DNA of 64,000 bases. It comes from Longimicrobiales bacterium. GTDB lineage: Bacteria > Gemmatimonadota > Gemmatimonadetes > Longimicrobiales > Gaopeijiaceae. The position numbers and the translations under genes were made by a program. How positions within the stretch are numbered: the first letter of the stretch is position 1; every line of letters starts with the position of its first letter. Shown here piece by piece: positions 37,684 through 47,862 of the stretch. Location of the stretch: assembly GCA_041690395.1 (NCBI GenBank), contig JAWLHJ010000001.1, forward strand, positions 576,001-640,000, in the 5' to 3' direction. The notes under the pieces are model-generated. The model was not told the DNA's origin. It searched no databases and saw only the letters and a list, made by a program, of their open reading frames with translations.

Positions 37684-38556
37684 CTAGCCTTTGATGCCGG
37701 CCGCCGCGACGCTGCGCGCGAACCACCGTTGCAGGATGGCGAAGAGGATCGCCACGGGCGCCACCATCATCACCGCGAACGCCATCACGTCTCCCCACTG
37801 TACGGGAGGGAGCGCCCTGAAGGTGGCGATGCCCAGGGGAAGCGGTCGGGCGTCGACCCGGCTCGTCACCAGAAGGGGCCACAGGTACAACCCCCAGTGG
37901 AGGACGAAGGTGATGATGGCGACCGTGGCGAATACGGCGCGCGACGACGGTACCACGATCTCGAGGAACGTGCGCCACGGGCCTGCGCCGTCGATCCGGG
38001 CGGCGTCCTCGACCTCACGCGGGAAGTCGAGGAAGAACGTGTAGAAGATGAAGATGGAGAGCGCGTTGGCGACGAACGGCAGGATCTGGACGAGGTATCC
38101 GTCGCGCCATCCGAGGGTCGTCACCGCGTAGAAGAGGGGGACCGCGATCGCTTCGAAAGGCACGATGAGCAGCGCCAGCACGAGCGCGAGCGACCAGCGC
38201 CGGCCCGGCCATTCGAGCCGCGCGAGCGCGTAGGCCGCGGTGGCGTTGACGGCGAGTCCCCCGACGACGATGGAGGCGTTGATGACGAGGGTGTTCCAGA
38301 ACATCCGGGCGAACGCGACCCGCTGGAAGACGTCCACATAGTTCTCGAGGGTCGGGTCGGCCGGGACGAGCCCGCGCAGCGTTCCCGCCTCGGGGAGCAC
38401 GCGTCCCTCCGGACGGAAGCTCGCAGCCACCATGACGAGAATCGGCGCGACCCAGACGAGCGCGGCGGCGGCCAGCAGGGCGTACGTCGCGCTCCGGCGC
38501 AAGGCGGTCCCCGAGCGCCACGACCGCCCGTCACCGGACCGCCCGCGCCCCCTCAC
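37684..38556 (-). CDS. Carbohydrate ABC permease (MalG type)
   Basis: EVEDAARIDGAG EAA loop and multiple TM helices. GTGA-coupled start. Confidence 0.9.
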   Translation of the reverse strand: MRGRGRSGDGRSWRSGTALRRSATYALLAAAALVWVAPILVMVAASFRPEGRVLPEAGTLRGLVPADPTLENYVDVFQRVAFARMFWNTLVINASIVVGGLAVNATAAYALARLEWPGRRWSLALVLALLIVPFEAIAVPLFYAVTTLGWRDGYLVQILPFVANALSIFIFYTFFLDFPREVEDAARIDGAGPWRTFLEIVVPSSRAVFATVAIITFVLHWGLYLWPLLVTSRVDARPLPLGIATFRALPPVQWGDVMAFAVMMVAPVAILFAILQRWFARSVAAAGIKG

Positions 38557-39479
38557 CGTCGCCGCCCGGCCAAAGAGATGAACAGCACGACGAGGAAGAA
38601 CACCACGCTCATGGCCGCCGACAACGCCACCTGTTGCCGGTCGAACGCCGCCGTGACCGCCTCGTACATCACGGTCGTCGTACGCTCCTGGGGGCCACCC
38701 CGGGTGAGGATGCGGACCTGGTCGAACAGCCTGAACGAGAGGATCGCGGTGATGACCGCCACCAGGATCAAGGGCCGGCGGAGCCCGGGCAGCGTCACGT
38801 GGCGGAACCGCTGCAGCGCGCCGGCGCCGTCCAGCGCGGCCGCGTCGTGCAGCCGACCGGGTATCGCCTGGAGGCCGGCGGACAGGATCACCATCTGGAA
38901 GCCCATGCCCTGCCAGATGGAGAGACCGACGATCGCGGGCATCGCGAGCGCCGGGTCTCGCAGGAAATCCCGCGGCGTCCAGGCGCCGAAGCTGAGCGTG
39001 CCGAGGAGCGCGTTGAGCGGACCGTCGGGACCGGGCGCGTACAGCAGCTCCCACACCACGGCGATGAGCGCCATCGGGAACACCACCGGGAGGAGGAGGG
39101 CCACACGCGCGGCCGCCGTGCCGCGGAGCCCCCGGTCGAGCAGCAGGGCCGCCGCGAGGGCGAGGGCGGTCTGCACGGGGACGACGATGGCCGTGAAGTA
39201 CATGTTGTTCAGGAAGGCGCGCTGGAACGTCGTCGACGAGAGCACCCGGACGTACTGTTCGACGCCGACCCAGGACACGGGTAGGGGCGAGCCGAGCCGG
39301 AGATCCGTGAACGAAAGCGCGACCGCCAGGAGGAACGGCGCGGCGACGAAGATGCCGAGGCCGGCCAGGGCGGGAACCGCCATGGACAGGCCCGTGAGGC
39401 CGGCCCCGAGGCCGAGTACGCCGTCGCCGTCGGCACGCGGTACGGACGCTGGGGCCCGGGCGGATGCGGGGGCGCTCAC
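38553..39479 (-). CDS. Carbohydrate ABC permease (MalF/UgpA type)
   Basis: AGLQAIP..LHDAAALDGAG..FRHVTLP and TRGGP. Confidence 0.92.
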   Translation of the reverse strand: MSAPASARAPASVPRADGDGVLGLGAGLTGLSMAVPALAGLGIFVAAPFLLAVALSFTDLRLGSPLPVSWVGVEQYVRVLSSTTFQRAFLNNMYFTAIVVPVQTALALAAALLLDRGLRGTAAARVALLLPVVFPMALIAVVWELLYAPGPDGPLNALLGTLSFGAWTPRDFLRDPALAMPAIVGLSIWQGMGFQMVILSAGLQAIPGRLHDAAALDGAGALQRFRHVTLPGLRRPLILVAVITAILSFRLFDQVRILTRGGPQERTTTVMYEAVTAAFDRQQVALSAAMSVVFFLVVLFISLAGRRR

Positions 39480-40798
39480 GGTCGACGGAACTCCTGGTTG
39501 TCGCGGATCTCGCGGTCGATGGTCCGGGCGGCGTCACGCAGCAGCGGACCGACCGGCTCGCCGTTTCGAAGCGCGTCGAATGCGTCCTGGAAGACGGACG
39601 AGGCGAACGGGTACGCGGGCGTCCTGGGGCGGGGTACGGACCATCCCTCTTCGAGTTGGCGGAGGAGGACGTGGAGGGGTCGTCCCGGCCGGTACGTCTC
39701 GCTCCGTGTCGCGGCCGTTCGGGTGGCGGGTACGGCGCCGTTGGCCGCGGCCATCTCGAGGACCTGCTCGGGCTCCAGGAGGAAGCGGAGGAAGGACGCG
39801 GCCTCCCGCGGATGATCGCTGGTGCGTGGGATCGTCCAGGTCCAGGAGCCCTGGCCGGTCCGGGTTCCATGCCCGAAATCCGGGAGCGGGAGCACGAGCA
39901 GGCGCTCCGACAGGGCTTCCCGGTAGCGGGGAAAGTCCCAATGCCCGCTCCACGAGAGGGCCACCCGGCCGGTGGTGAACGCGACGTCGTCCAGGTTCGG
40001 ATCCACGAATCCGTCCACGAGCCATCGCTGCAACGCCTCGGCGGCTCTGGACGAGCCGTCACCGTCGAGGACCCCGCGGGCCGTCGGCGTGTCGCCGGAC
40101 GTGTCGAGCAGTCCGCCGCCCGCCGACCGGAGCGCCGGCTGGAAGGCGTAGGTGAACCACTCCCCCTCGTAGTTGAGCTTCAGGTCGAGGACGGCACCAT
40201 CGGCGTCCCGTGCTCGCAATTGCCCGAGGATGTCGTCGAGCTCGGAGACCGTCCAGCCGTCCTCGGGCCCCTGCGGGATGCGCGCGCCGACGCTCGCGAG
40301 CTCGTCGGCGTTCGCGTACAGCGCCAGCCCGGAGTCGAACGTCCCGACGGCGTAGAGCGTGTCGTGCCAGGACCCCTGGGTCCGGACGGAAGGGAGAACG
40401 TCGGACAGAACGCCGTCCGGAAGCAGCCCGTTCAATGGGCGTAGGTGGCCCTGCCATGCGTACGTAGCCACGTACGGACCGTCCAGGTCCAGCAGGTCGG
40501 GGAGCTGCCCCGCGACGGCCGAGGCCTGGACCTGGGCGTTGTACGAGCCCTCGGGCAGGAACGCCAGCGAGACACGGATGGAGTCCTGGGCGCCGTTGAA
40601 CCGGGCCGCCTGCGCCTCCAGCACGGCGCGCTCACCGGGCTGGCCGGCGTGGTACCAGACCTCGAGGGCGACGGTCTCGCGCGCCTCGTCGGTGGACGTG
40701 CCGCACGACGCCGCGGCGAAGCCCAGGCCGAAGGCCATGGCCACGAGAACGCTGCGCGACGGCGGGTATGCGCCGCCGTTCCTCCGGTCTCCACTCAC
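39476..40798 (-). CDS. Sugar ABC transporter substrate-binding lipoprotein
   Basis: Lipobox AASC, LPDLLDLDGP, DSGLALYAN and GQGSWTW. Confidence 0.9.
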   Translation of the reverse strand: MSGDRRNGGAYPPSRSVLVAMAFGLGFAAASCGTSTDEARETVALEVWYHAGQPGERAVLEAQAARFNGAQDSIRVSLAFLPEGSYNAQVQASAVAGQLPDLLDLDGPYVATYAWQGHLRPLNGLLPDGVLSDVLPSVRTQGSWHDTLYAVGTFDSGLALYANADELASVGARIPQGPEDGWTVSELDDILGQLRARDADGAVLDLKLNYEGEWFTYAFQPALRSAGGGLLDTSGDTPTARGVLDGDGSSRAAEALQRWLVDGFVDPNLDDVAFTTGRVALSWSGHWDFPRYREALSERLLVLPLPDFGHGTRTGQGSWTWTIPRTSDHPREAASFLRFLLEPEQVLEMAAANGAVPATRTAATRSETYRPGRPLHVLLRQLEEGWSVPRPRTPAYPFASSVFQDAFDALRNGEPVGPLLRDAARTIDREIRDNQEFRRP

Positions 40799-40923
40799 CC
40801 GACCACAATGCGGAACTCCTGCGGGCGCTTCAACCGGACGGCGGGGTCCATGTGCGGCTTCCCGTCTCCGGATCGTCCTAGGGGTGTGAAATCGATGGAT
40901 GATGGAGATTCCAAGGAGACCCC

Positions 40924-42402
40924 ATGATGCGCAGCCTCATCGCAACGGCCGCGGTGCTTTCGACGCTCGTTCTTCCGTCCGGCGCGGAGGGTGGGCCAGG
41001 TGGTATGATCGACGCCACCGTCGACCGAGCCACTCGGGCCGTCCAGGTAGCGGATACCCTACGCTCCACCGCGGCCGACCGTGACTCGGTGTCCATCACG
41101 GTGTACAACCAGAACTTCGGTCTCGTGCGCGAGATCCGGACGCTCGATCTCTCCCGCGGGCTGATCGACCTCGAGTTCGCGGACGTGGCGTCGGGCATCC
41201 AGCCCGAGACGGTGCACATCCGGCCGCTGGCGGGCGCCGGACTCCAGGTCCTGGAGCAGAACTACCAGTTCGACCTCCTCGACCCGCAGAAGCTGCTCGA
41301 GAAGTACGTGGGGAGGACGGTGACGGTCTACCGGACCAATCCGGTCACGGGCATCGACGAGCCCGTGCAGGCCGAGGTGATCTCCGTCAACGGTGGGCCG
41401 ATCCTCAGGATCGACGGAGAGATCACGTTCAACTACCCGGGACGCTTCGGCTTCCCCGAACTCCCCGACAATCTCATCGCCGCGCCGACCCTCCTCTGGC
41501 GTCTCGACGCGGCGGGCGACCGGCAGCGGGTCGAGGTGACGTATCTCACGAACGACCTGAACTGGAGGTCCGACTACGTGATGGTCCTTAACGAGGACGA
41601 CACGGCCGCGGACCTCACGGGCTGGGTGACCCTCACGAACCGGAGCGGAGCCACGTACGACGGCGCCCGCCTGCAGTTGGTGGCCGGCGACGTCCAGCGT
41701 CTGTCGGCGCAGGAGGGCTTCGCGCTCGACGAGCTCGTGGTGACCGGCGCCAGGGCGGCCGCGCCCTCGTTCCAGGAGGAGGCGTTCTTCGAGTACCACC
41801 TCTACACGCTCCAGCGCCCCGCCGACGTGGTGAACAACGAGCAGAAGCAGGTGGTCCTGCTGGAAGCCGCGGACTTCGAGGTCGAGAAGCAGCTCATCTT
41901 CCGGGGATTGCCACAGTACTACCGTAGCCAATACGGGCAGATCTCTGCGAACCAGAAGGTCGGGGTCTTCCTCGACTTCGAGAACAGCGAGGAGGCGGGG
42001 CTCGGCATGCCCCTCCCGCGCGGAACCGTGCGGGTCTACAAGCGTGACGCGCGCGGCCAGCAGCAGTTCATCGGTGAGGACCTGATCGACCACACACCCC
42101 GTGACGAGCGCGTGCGCATCAAGATGGGCGAGGCGTTCGACGTCGTCGCCGACCGGACGCAGATGGATTACACCGTCATCTCGCGGTGCGTGTCTGAGAG
42201 CACCTGGCGCATCGACGTGCGGAACCACAAGGACGAGGACGTGACCGTGCAGATCGTGGAGCCGGCCGGTGGCGACTGGGAGATCGTGTCCGAGTCCCAC
42301 ACGAGCACACGGGTGGACGCGTCGACCTTCACCTTCGAGCCGCTCGTCCCGTCGCGCGGCTCGGTGCGCGTGGAGTACCGGGTGCGGGTGCGGTGGTGCT
42401 GA
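40924..42402 (+). CDS. DUF4139/DUF4140 domain secreted protein
   Basis: AAGGAG RBS, signal peptide, ITVYNQNFGLVRE, LEQNYQFDL, FFEYHLY, PLPRG.VRVY and FIGED.IDHTP. Confidence 0.85.
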   Translation: MMRSLIATAAVLSTLVLPSGAEGGPGGMIDATVDRATRAVQVADTLRSTAADRDSVSITVYNQNFGLVREIRTLDLSRGLIDLEFADVASGIQPETVHIRPLAGAGLQVLEQNYQFDLLDPQKLLEKYVGRTVTVYRTNPVTGIDEPVQAEVISVNGGPILRIDGEITFNYPGRFGFPELPDNLIAAPTLLWRLDAAGDRQRVEVTYLTNDLNWRSDYVMVLNEDDTAADLTGWVTLTNRSGATYDGARLQLVAGDVQRLSAQEGFALDELVVTGARAAAPSFQEEAFFEYHLYTLQRPADVVNNEQKQVVLLEAADFEVEKQLIFRGLPQYYRSQYGQISANQKVGVFLDFENSEEAGLGMPLPRGTVRVYKRDARGQQQFIGEDLIDHTPRDERVRIKMGEAFDVVADRTQMDYTVISRCVSESTWRIDVRNHKDEDVTVQIVEPAGGDWEIVSESHTSTRVDASTFTFEPLVPSRGSVRVEYRVRVRWC

Positions 42403-43270
42403 GCGCGAGCAGGCTGCGGGGATCCACGCTCGTGTGGCCGTAGCGGACGACCCAATGGAGGTGGGGACCCGTGACGCGTCCCGTCGCGCCCACGCGGCCG
42501 ACCGGGGTCCCCGCCTCGACGGTGTCACCCTCCGCCACGAGCTGCTCGCTGAGGTGGAAGTACCCGGTCACCAGTCCGGCGCCGTGATTCAGATAGACGA
42601 TGTTTCCGGCCAGCAGGAATTCGTCCACCAGCTCGACCACGCCACGCGCGGTCGCGTACACGATGTCCCCCGGATCGCCGTCCAGGTCGAGCCCCATGTG
42701 GCGGCTCGTCACCCGCCCGTTGAACTCCCGGCCGTCGCCGAAGCCGCTGGTCACGCGGTCGTCCCTGGGGATCCGGATCTCGGGCGTCCAGAGCCTCGGG
42801 GTCCGGTGCGCCGCGTCCGAGACACTGCGGGCCCTCGCCTGGTCACGTGCGAGGCGGACCTGGTCCGCCGAGTCCGGCGGGGCGCCGAAACGCGGCGCGA
42901 CCGTCAGCCGCTCGTGGCGGTAGGCGCCGGGCGCGACCGGGACGGCCCGCGGTAGCTCTACCGTCCGTCCATCCGTGTAGCGGACCGTGAGCGCCACGTC
43001 GAGCGCACCCTCGTGGTCGATGGGGACCGGGGCGAGCGTCTCGTGCCGGCCGTCATCCGTCGGGTGGAAGTGGAGCCGCTCTCCGGCCACCACGCCGTCC
43101 ACCTCGGCGATCCGCGCTCCCTCCGTGTCATGGACCCGAAGCAGGAACAGGTGTCCCTGGGCCGGCGTCGACGGTGCCCACGAGATTTCCGGAGCGAGGG
43201 GGGCGGGCGTCGTCGTGCCCGTGGCCGCCGCGAGGGGGAGGAGGAGGATCCAGAGGAACGGGTTCTTCAT
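42329..43270 (-). CDS. M23 family peptidoglycan metallopeptidase
   Basis: Signal peptide, HMGLD, YFHLS and GATGRVTGPHLHW. Confidence 0.92.
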   Translation of the reverse strand: MKNPFLWILLLPLAAATGTTTPAPLAPEISWAPSTPAQGHLFLLRVHDTEGARIAEVDGVVAGERLHFHPTDDGRHETLAPVPIDHEGALDVALTVRYTDGRTVELPRAVPVAPGAYRHERLTVAPRFGAPPDSADQVRLARDQARARSVSDAAHRTPRLWTPEIRIPRDDRVTSGFGDGREFNGRVTSRHMGLDLDGDPGDIVYATARGVVELVDEFLLAGNIVYLNHGAGLVTGYFHLSEQLVAEGDTVEAGTPVGRVGATGRVTGPHLHWVVRYGHTSVDPRSLLALSTTAPAPGTPRAPSRATGRAARR

Positions 43271-43273
43271 CGG

Positions 43274-44770
43274 CTATTCCACGAGGAAGTTCAGCATCAT
43301 GCCCATGTCCTCGTGCTCGAGATTGTGGCAGTGCATGAGGAACAGGCCCCGGTGTGCCTCGAACCGCGCGACCACCTCGACGCGCTCGCCGGGAAGTACG
43401 AGGACCGTGTCCTTCAGGCCGGCCTCCCAGGGCATGACGCGCCCACGCCCGCCCGTGCGGGAACGCACCAGAAGCTGGCCGGCGTGCACGTGCACGGGGT
43501 GGGGGAGCTCGCTCGGGTTCTCGATCGTCCACACCTCGGTGCGGCCGAGCGGCACGCGCTCGTCGACGCGCTCCATCTCGAAGGTGCGGCCGTTGATCGT
43601 GTGGTTCATCATCATGCTCTCGAACCGGAACGAGCGGCGGGGCGTGCTCCCGTCGACCGGTCGCTCCGCGATCCGCGACAGCCGGTCGGGTAGCTCGAAC
43701 GCCGGCTCCGCCGGACCGTCCTCGACCACGAGCTCGAGCAGGTCCATGGGTGCGCCCTGGGGCAGCCCCCCCATCATGCCGCCCATCCCCCGTCCCATGC
43801 CGCGCCCCATCCGACCCATGCCCGGACCGCCCATCATCATGCCCGGGATCTGGAACTCGAACGACCGGAGGTAGATCCGGTCGCCCGGACGCGCGCTCGA
43901 GAAGTCCACGAGCACGTCGATCCGCTCACCGGTCGCCACCATCGCCCGCTCGACGCGCGTGGGTCGCTCCAGGAGCCCGCCGTCCGTTCCGATGAGCGTC
44001 AGCGGGCGGCCGTCGCTCAGGCCGAGCTCGAAGATGCGCGCGTTGGACGCGTTCAGGATCCGGAGGCGATAGGTCCCCCGAGCGACGCGCGTCGTGGCAT
44101 GAGCGACGCCGTTGGCGAAGGGGGTGTCGCCCAGGTACCCGATCATCCGGTCGGGTCCCATGCCGGCGGCCCGGTACTCCAGAGGGGCGCCCGACGAGGC
44201 ACGCCGATCCTGGAGCACCAGCGGGATCTCTCGGTCTTCGGACGGGAGGTCGAGCGCGGCCTCCTCCTCGTCCTCCACGATCAGCAGCCCCGCCATCCCT
44301 CGATAGGTCTGTGGCGCTGTCCGCATGTGCGTGTGGGGATGGTACCAGTACAAGCCCGCCCGGTCCCTCACCTCGAACCCATAGTCGTACCGTGTGCCCG
44401 GGGCGATGGCCAGCCGAGGGTGCCCGTCGGCGGCCTCCGGGACGTCCAGGCCGTGCCAGTGGAGGATCGTCTCCTCCGGCAGCCCGTTCTCGAGCGTGAT
44501 GCCGACCCGCTCCCCGCGTCGCATGCGGAGGGTAGGGGCGGGGAGTGCGCCGTTCAGCGTCCACGCCTCGCCCCGCGCGATCCCCGTGTCGACAGAGGTG
44601 GGTCCGGCCCGGAGCGTCGCACCGTTCGCGCGAAGCTCCCGGGGACGGGGCAGGGGTGTACGGCGCGGATCCTGGACGTCTGTCGGAGTGTGTCCCGCCA
44701 AAGCATCGCAGGCGGCCAGGGCCCCGGCCGCGCTCGCGAGGTGGAGGAATCGTCGGCGGTCCATGGTCAT
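43274..44770 (-). CDS. Tat-exported multicopper oxidase (CueO-like)
   Basis: Tat signal DRRRFL. All four copper motifs are present: HWHG, WYHPH, HPVHVH and HCHNLEHEDMGMM. Met/Gly-rich insert. Confidence 0.93.
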   Translation of the reverse strand: MTMDRRRFLHLASAAGALAACDALAGHTPTDVQDPRRTPLPRPRELRANGATLRAGPTSVDTGIARGEAWTLNGALPAPTLRMRRGERVGITLENGLPEETILHWHGLDVPEAADGHPRLAIAPGTRYDYGFEVRDRAGLYWYHPHTHMRTAPQTYRGMAGLLIVEDEEEAALDLPSEDREIPLVLQDRRASSGAPLEYRAAGMGPDRMIGYLGDTPFANGVAHATTRVARGTYRLRILNASNARIFELGLSDGRPLTLIGTDGGLLERPTRVERAMVATGERIDVLVDFSSARPGDRIYLRSFEFQIPGMMMGGPGMGRMGRGMGRGMGGMMGGLPQGAPMDLLELVVEDGPAEPAFELPDRLSRIAERPVDGSTPRRSFRFESMMMNHTINGRTFEMERVDERVPLGRTEVWTIENPSELPHPVHVHAGQLLVRSRTGGRGRVMPWEAGLKDTVLVLPGERVEVVARFEAHRGLFLMHCHNLEHEDMGMMLNFLVE

Positions 44771-45093
44771 GGTGCCGGCGCCAGCACGGCCAGCACCACG
44801 AGACGCCCGTCTCCCGTGTTGCGGATCCCGTGCGGCACACCGTCCGGTGCGATCAGCATGGTGCCGGCGTCCATCGCCTTCTCGCCGTCGTCCAGCAGGA
44901 ACACGCCCGAGCCTTCGAGCACGTGGTAGACCTTGTCCATGCCCTCGTGCGCGTGGAGTCGGTGCTCCTGACCGGGCTCGAAGGCGTTCAGCCCGACCAG
45001 CACGCGATCCGAGCGGAAGAGGTTGCTCTTGCCCATGCGCTCGGGGTCGAAGCTCGCGTGGTCGATGGGCCTGAACGGGGTCGGATGCTCCAT
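44767..45093 (-). CDS. Cupin domain protein
   Basis: PGQEHRLHAH..KVYHVLEG..G..APDGVPHGIRN. ATGA overlap with the oxidase gene. Confidence 0.88.
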   Translation of the reverse strand: MEHPTPFRPIDHASFDPERMGKSNLFRSDRVLVGLNAFEPGQEHRLHAHEGMDKVYHVLEGSGVFLLDDGEKAMDAGTMLIAPDGVPHGIRNTGDGRLVVLAVLAPAP

Positions 45094-45257
45094 GGGGCGG
45101 GCCTGCCGGCTTCCTGGGGGATCGAATCCGGACCTTCTCGTCGGGTCCGGGCGCCCCTCGCTGTACCGGATGGGTGCCGACGGCGTTCCGCTCTTGTTCG
45201 CGCGGGTGGAGCTTCCCAGGTTGCCCCGACCTCGATCCCATCCCCGAAAGCGACCCG

Positions 45258-46991
45258 ATGCCGAAGCCATCCCCGACCGACCCCTCGCGGCCGGACGCCG
45301 TCCGCCGCCGCGCCTTCCTCGCCTACTGCGGAAGCCTCGGGCTGGGATCGACGCTGTTCCCCGGCGCGCTCTGGGCGGAGTCGGGCGGCGGGCAGGAGGC
45401 CATCACGCCCGGGATGATCGACCAGGCCGCGAAGCTGGCGGGCCTCGAGTTCTCGGAGGCGGATCGCGTGGAGATGGTCGAGACGCTGGCGGCCAACCTG
45501 GAGATCTACGCGGGTCTGCGTGAGATCGACATCGATCAGAACGTCGCGCCGCCGCTCTACTTCAGCCCGGTCGTGCCGGGCCAGCGCCTCGACGACGAGC
45601 GCCGGCCGTTCCGCCCGAGCCCGACGCCGACGGTCACGCGTCCCGCGAATCTGGAGGACGTCGCTTTCTGGCCCGTCACGCATCTGGGCGCGCTCGTGGC
45701 GAGCGGGCAGGTGACGTCCGTCGAGCTGACCCGGATGTACCTGGCGCGACTTCGCCGGCACGACCCCGTGCTCGAGTGCGTGGTGACGCTCACCGAGGAG
45801 CTGGCGCTGACGGAGGCGGAGCGCGCCGACGCGGAGATCGCCGCGGGGCGCTACCGGGGACCGCTGCACGGGATCCCCTGGGGCGCGAAGGACATCATCA
45901 CCAAGCAGGGCTACCCGACGACCTGGGGCTCCGAGGCGTACCGCGACCAGGTGATCGACTACGACGCGACCGTGGTCCAGCGGCTCGCCGAGGCGGGAGC
46001 GGTGCTCGTGGCCAAGCTGTCGACCGGTGAGATCGCGCGCGGTGACCGCTGGTTCGGCGGGAAGCGTACGCGCAATCCCTGGGATCCCGAGCAGGGCTCC
46101 GGTGGATCGTCGGCCGGGCCGGGCGCCGCGGTCGCCGCCGGTCTGGTCGGGTTCGCGATCGGCAGCGAGACGCTCGGCTCGATCGTGGGACCGTCGGCGA
46201 CCTGCGGCATCACCGGGCTCCGCCCCACCTTCGGCATCGTCAGTCGCCACGGCGTGATGCCGGTGAGCTGGAGCCTCGACAAGGTCGGACCGATGTGCCG
46301 GTCGGTGGAGGACTGCGCGTTGGTGCTCGAGGCGATCCGCGGCCCGGATCTGCTCGACCTCGCCGTCGTCGACCGGCCCTTCAACTGGGACGCGGAGCTG
46401 CCGTTGGCCGGACTTCGGGTGGGGTATCTCGCCGAAGCGTTCGGGGGCGAGCCCGGAGGGCGGGGAGGTGGCGTGGGGCGCGCCAACGACGTGGCCACGC
46501 TGGAGACCCTTCGCCGGATGGGGGTGGAGCTACGGCCGTTCAGCCTGCCCGAGGACGCGGACATGGACGCGCTCCAGATGCTGCTCGTCGACGAGTCCGC
46601 CGCGTTCGACGAGCTGGTGCAGACCGGCCGGATCGACCTGCTCATCCAGGACCGGGACGAGCCGGAGGACATGCTCATGCGCGTGGCGCGGCTCTTCCCC
46701 GCTGTGGAGTATGTGCAGATGAATCGGCGGCGGACCCTGCTCATGCAGCGGATGGCCGAGGCGATGGCCGATCTGGACGTCTATGTGGCGCCGCACGGGG
46801 GGAGCGCGAACAACGGAGCGACCAACCTCACCGGGCATCCCGCGGTCACGGTTCCCAACGGATTCGCCGAGGACGGCACGCCGACGGGGATCATGTTCGT
46901 GGGGAAGATCTACGGCGAAGCCGGGATGCTGCGGCTCGCCAAGGCGTATCAGGACGCGACGGACTTCCACCTGCGGCGACCGGCGCTGTAG
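45258..46991 (+). CDS. Tat-exported amidase-signature enzyme
   Basis: RRRAFL, LHGIPWGAKD, GGSSAG, GSETLGSIVGP and GLRPTFG. Confidence 0.92.
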   Translation: MPKPSPTDPSRPDAVRRRAFLAYCGSLGLGSTLFPGALWAESGGGQEAITPGMIDQAAKLAGLEFSEADRVEMVETLAANLEIYAGLREIDIDQNVAPPLYFSPVVPGQRLDDERRPFRPSPTPTVTRPANLEDVAFWPVTHLGALVASGQVTSVELTRMYLARLRRHDPVLECVVTLTEELALTEAERADAEIAAGRYRGPLHGIPWGAKDIITKQGYPTTWGSEAYRDQVIDYDATVVQRLAEAGAVLVAKLSTGEIARGDRWFGGKRTRNPWDPEQGSGGSSAGPGAAVAAGLVGFAIGSETLGSIVGPSATCGITGLRPTFGIVSRHGVMPVSWSLDKVGPMCRSVEDCALVLEAIRGPDLLDLAVVDRPFNWDAELPLAGLRVGYLAEAFGGEPGGRGGGVGRANDVATLETLRRMGVELRPFSLPEDADMDALQMLLVDESAAFDELVQTGRIDLLIQDRDEPEDMLMRVARLFPAVEYVQMNRRRTLLMQRMAEAMADLDVYVAPHGGSANNGATNLTGHPAVTVPNGFAEDGTPTGIMFVGKIYGEAGMLRLAKAYQDATDFHLRRPAL

Positions 46992-47031
46992 GAAGGTCCG
47001 CGCCGAGGCTGCACGCGCGGCCAGGTCGTCC

Positions 47032-47703
47032 TCAGTCCGCCCGCAGGCTCGTCACTTCCAGCACGTTCGACAGGCCACACATCTCACGCGGAAGCACGCG
47101 ACCGTCCATGGTCACGGTCGTGTTCGCCTCGATGCCCTCGACGGTGCCGTCTTCCCCGAGCAGAGCGTACTGGATGCCGTCGATGTCCCGGAGGATCGAG
47201 CACCCGTCGTCCCGGTGGGTCACCCGTCCGGTCCGCCGCACCATGCCTTCGTCGTTGGTCACGTGGAAGGCATCGGAGAGCGCGATGGGGCGGAAGTAGA
47301 TATCGAAGACGATGAACAGGTGGACCCTGTCCCACGACGCCCATTCCGGGACCGCGACCGAGACGTCGAACTCGCCCTCCTGACCGGTCATGAGCTCCTG
47401 GAAGGCTTCGAAGCCGGCCTGCGCGGCGCCGATGCCGACGCGGATCGGCGTGATGACCGGCATGTCCTCGGTGTTGACGCGCACGACGGTGCCGGGAGGC
47501 CCGCTCCTCGGGTGGATCAGCTCGATCTTGCGCTGGATGGCGCCCATGTCCACGTCCCTGGAGTCCACCGTCTGGGCGGTCACGGCCTCGGGCGCGAGCG
47601 CCGGTGCGGCAGCGAGCATCAGGAGCATCACCCAGGCGGTCGGGAAGGGCCGCTGAAGGGATATGTGGGAAGGGCTACGGAGGATCTGGCGTGACGGGTT
47701 CAT
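47032..47703 (-). CDS. Secreted hypothetical protein (Ig-like domain plus a small Cys-containing C-terminal domain)
   Basis: Hydrophobic signal, PRSGPPGTVV, and GC..LRD.DG..YAL. Start position uncertain. Confidence 0.65.
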   Translation of the reverse strand: MNPSRQILRSPSHISLQRPFPTAWVMLLMLAAAPALAPEAVTAQTVDSRDVDMGAIQRKIELIHPRSGPPGTVVRVNTEDMPVITPIRVGIGAAQAGFEAFQELMTGQEGEFDVSVAVPEWASWDRVHLFIVFDIYFRPIALSDAFHVTNDEGMVRRTGRVTHRDDGCSILRDIDGIQYALLGEDGTVEGIEANTTVTMDGRVLPREMCGLSNVLEVTSLRAD

Positions 47704-47862
47704 GATCGATGCCTTGGCGCGGTGACGGATATGGGAATACTCGCGACCCGCCCGATGGGTTCGAAAGGGGCTCGTGGTGAACGCGACTTGCGGCCTATGC
47801 CCGGGGCGTCGCACCCTCCACCGGGCGATCGATATCACTTTGGAGGTCAGGATGGAGAAAGC

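Noticed and set aside
42329..42402. 74-nt convergent overlap of the DUF4139 and M23 genes
   Set aside because: The M23 tail in the overlap is low-complexity. It is most likely a drifted stop codon, not a functional feature.
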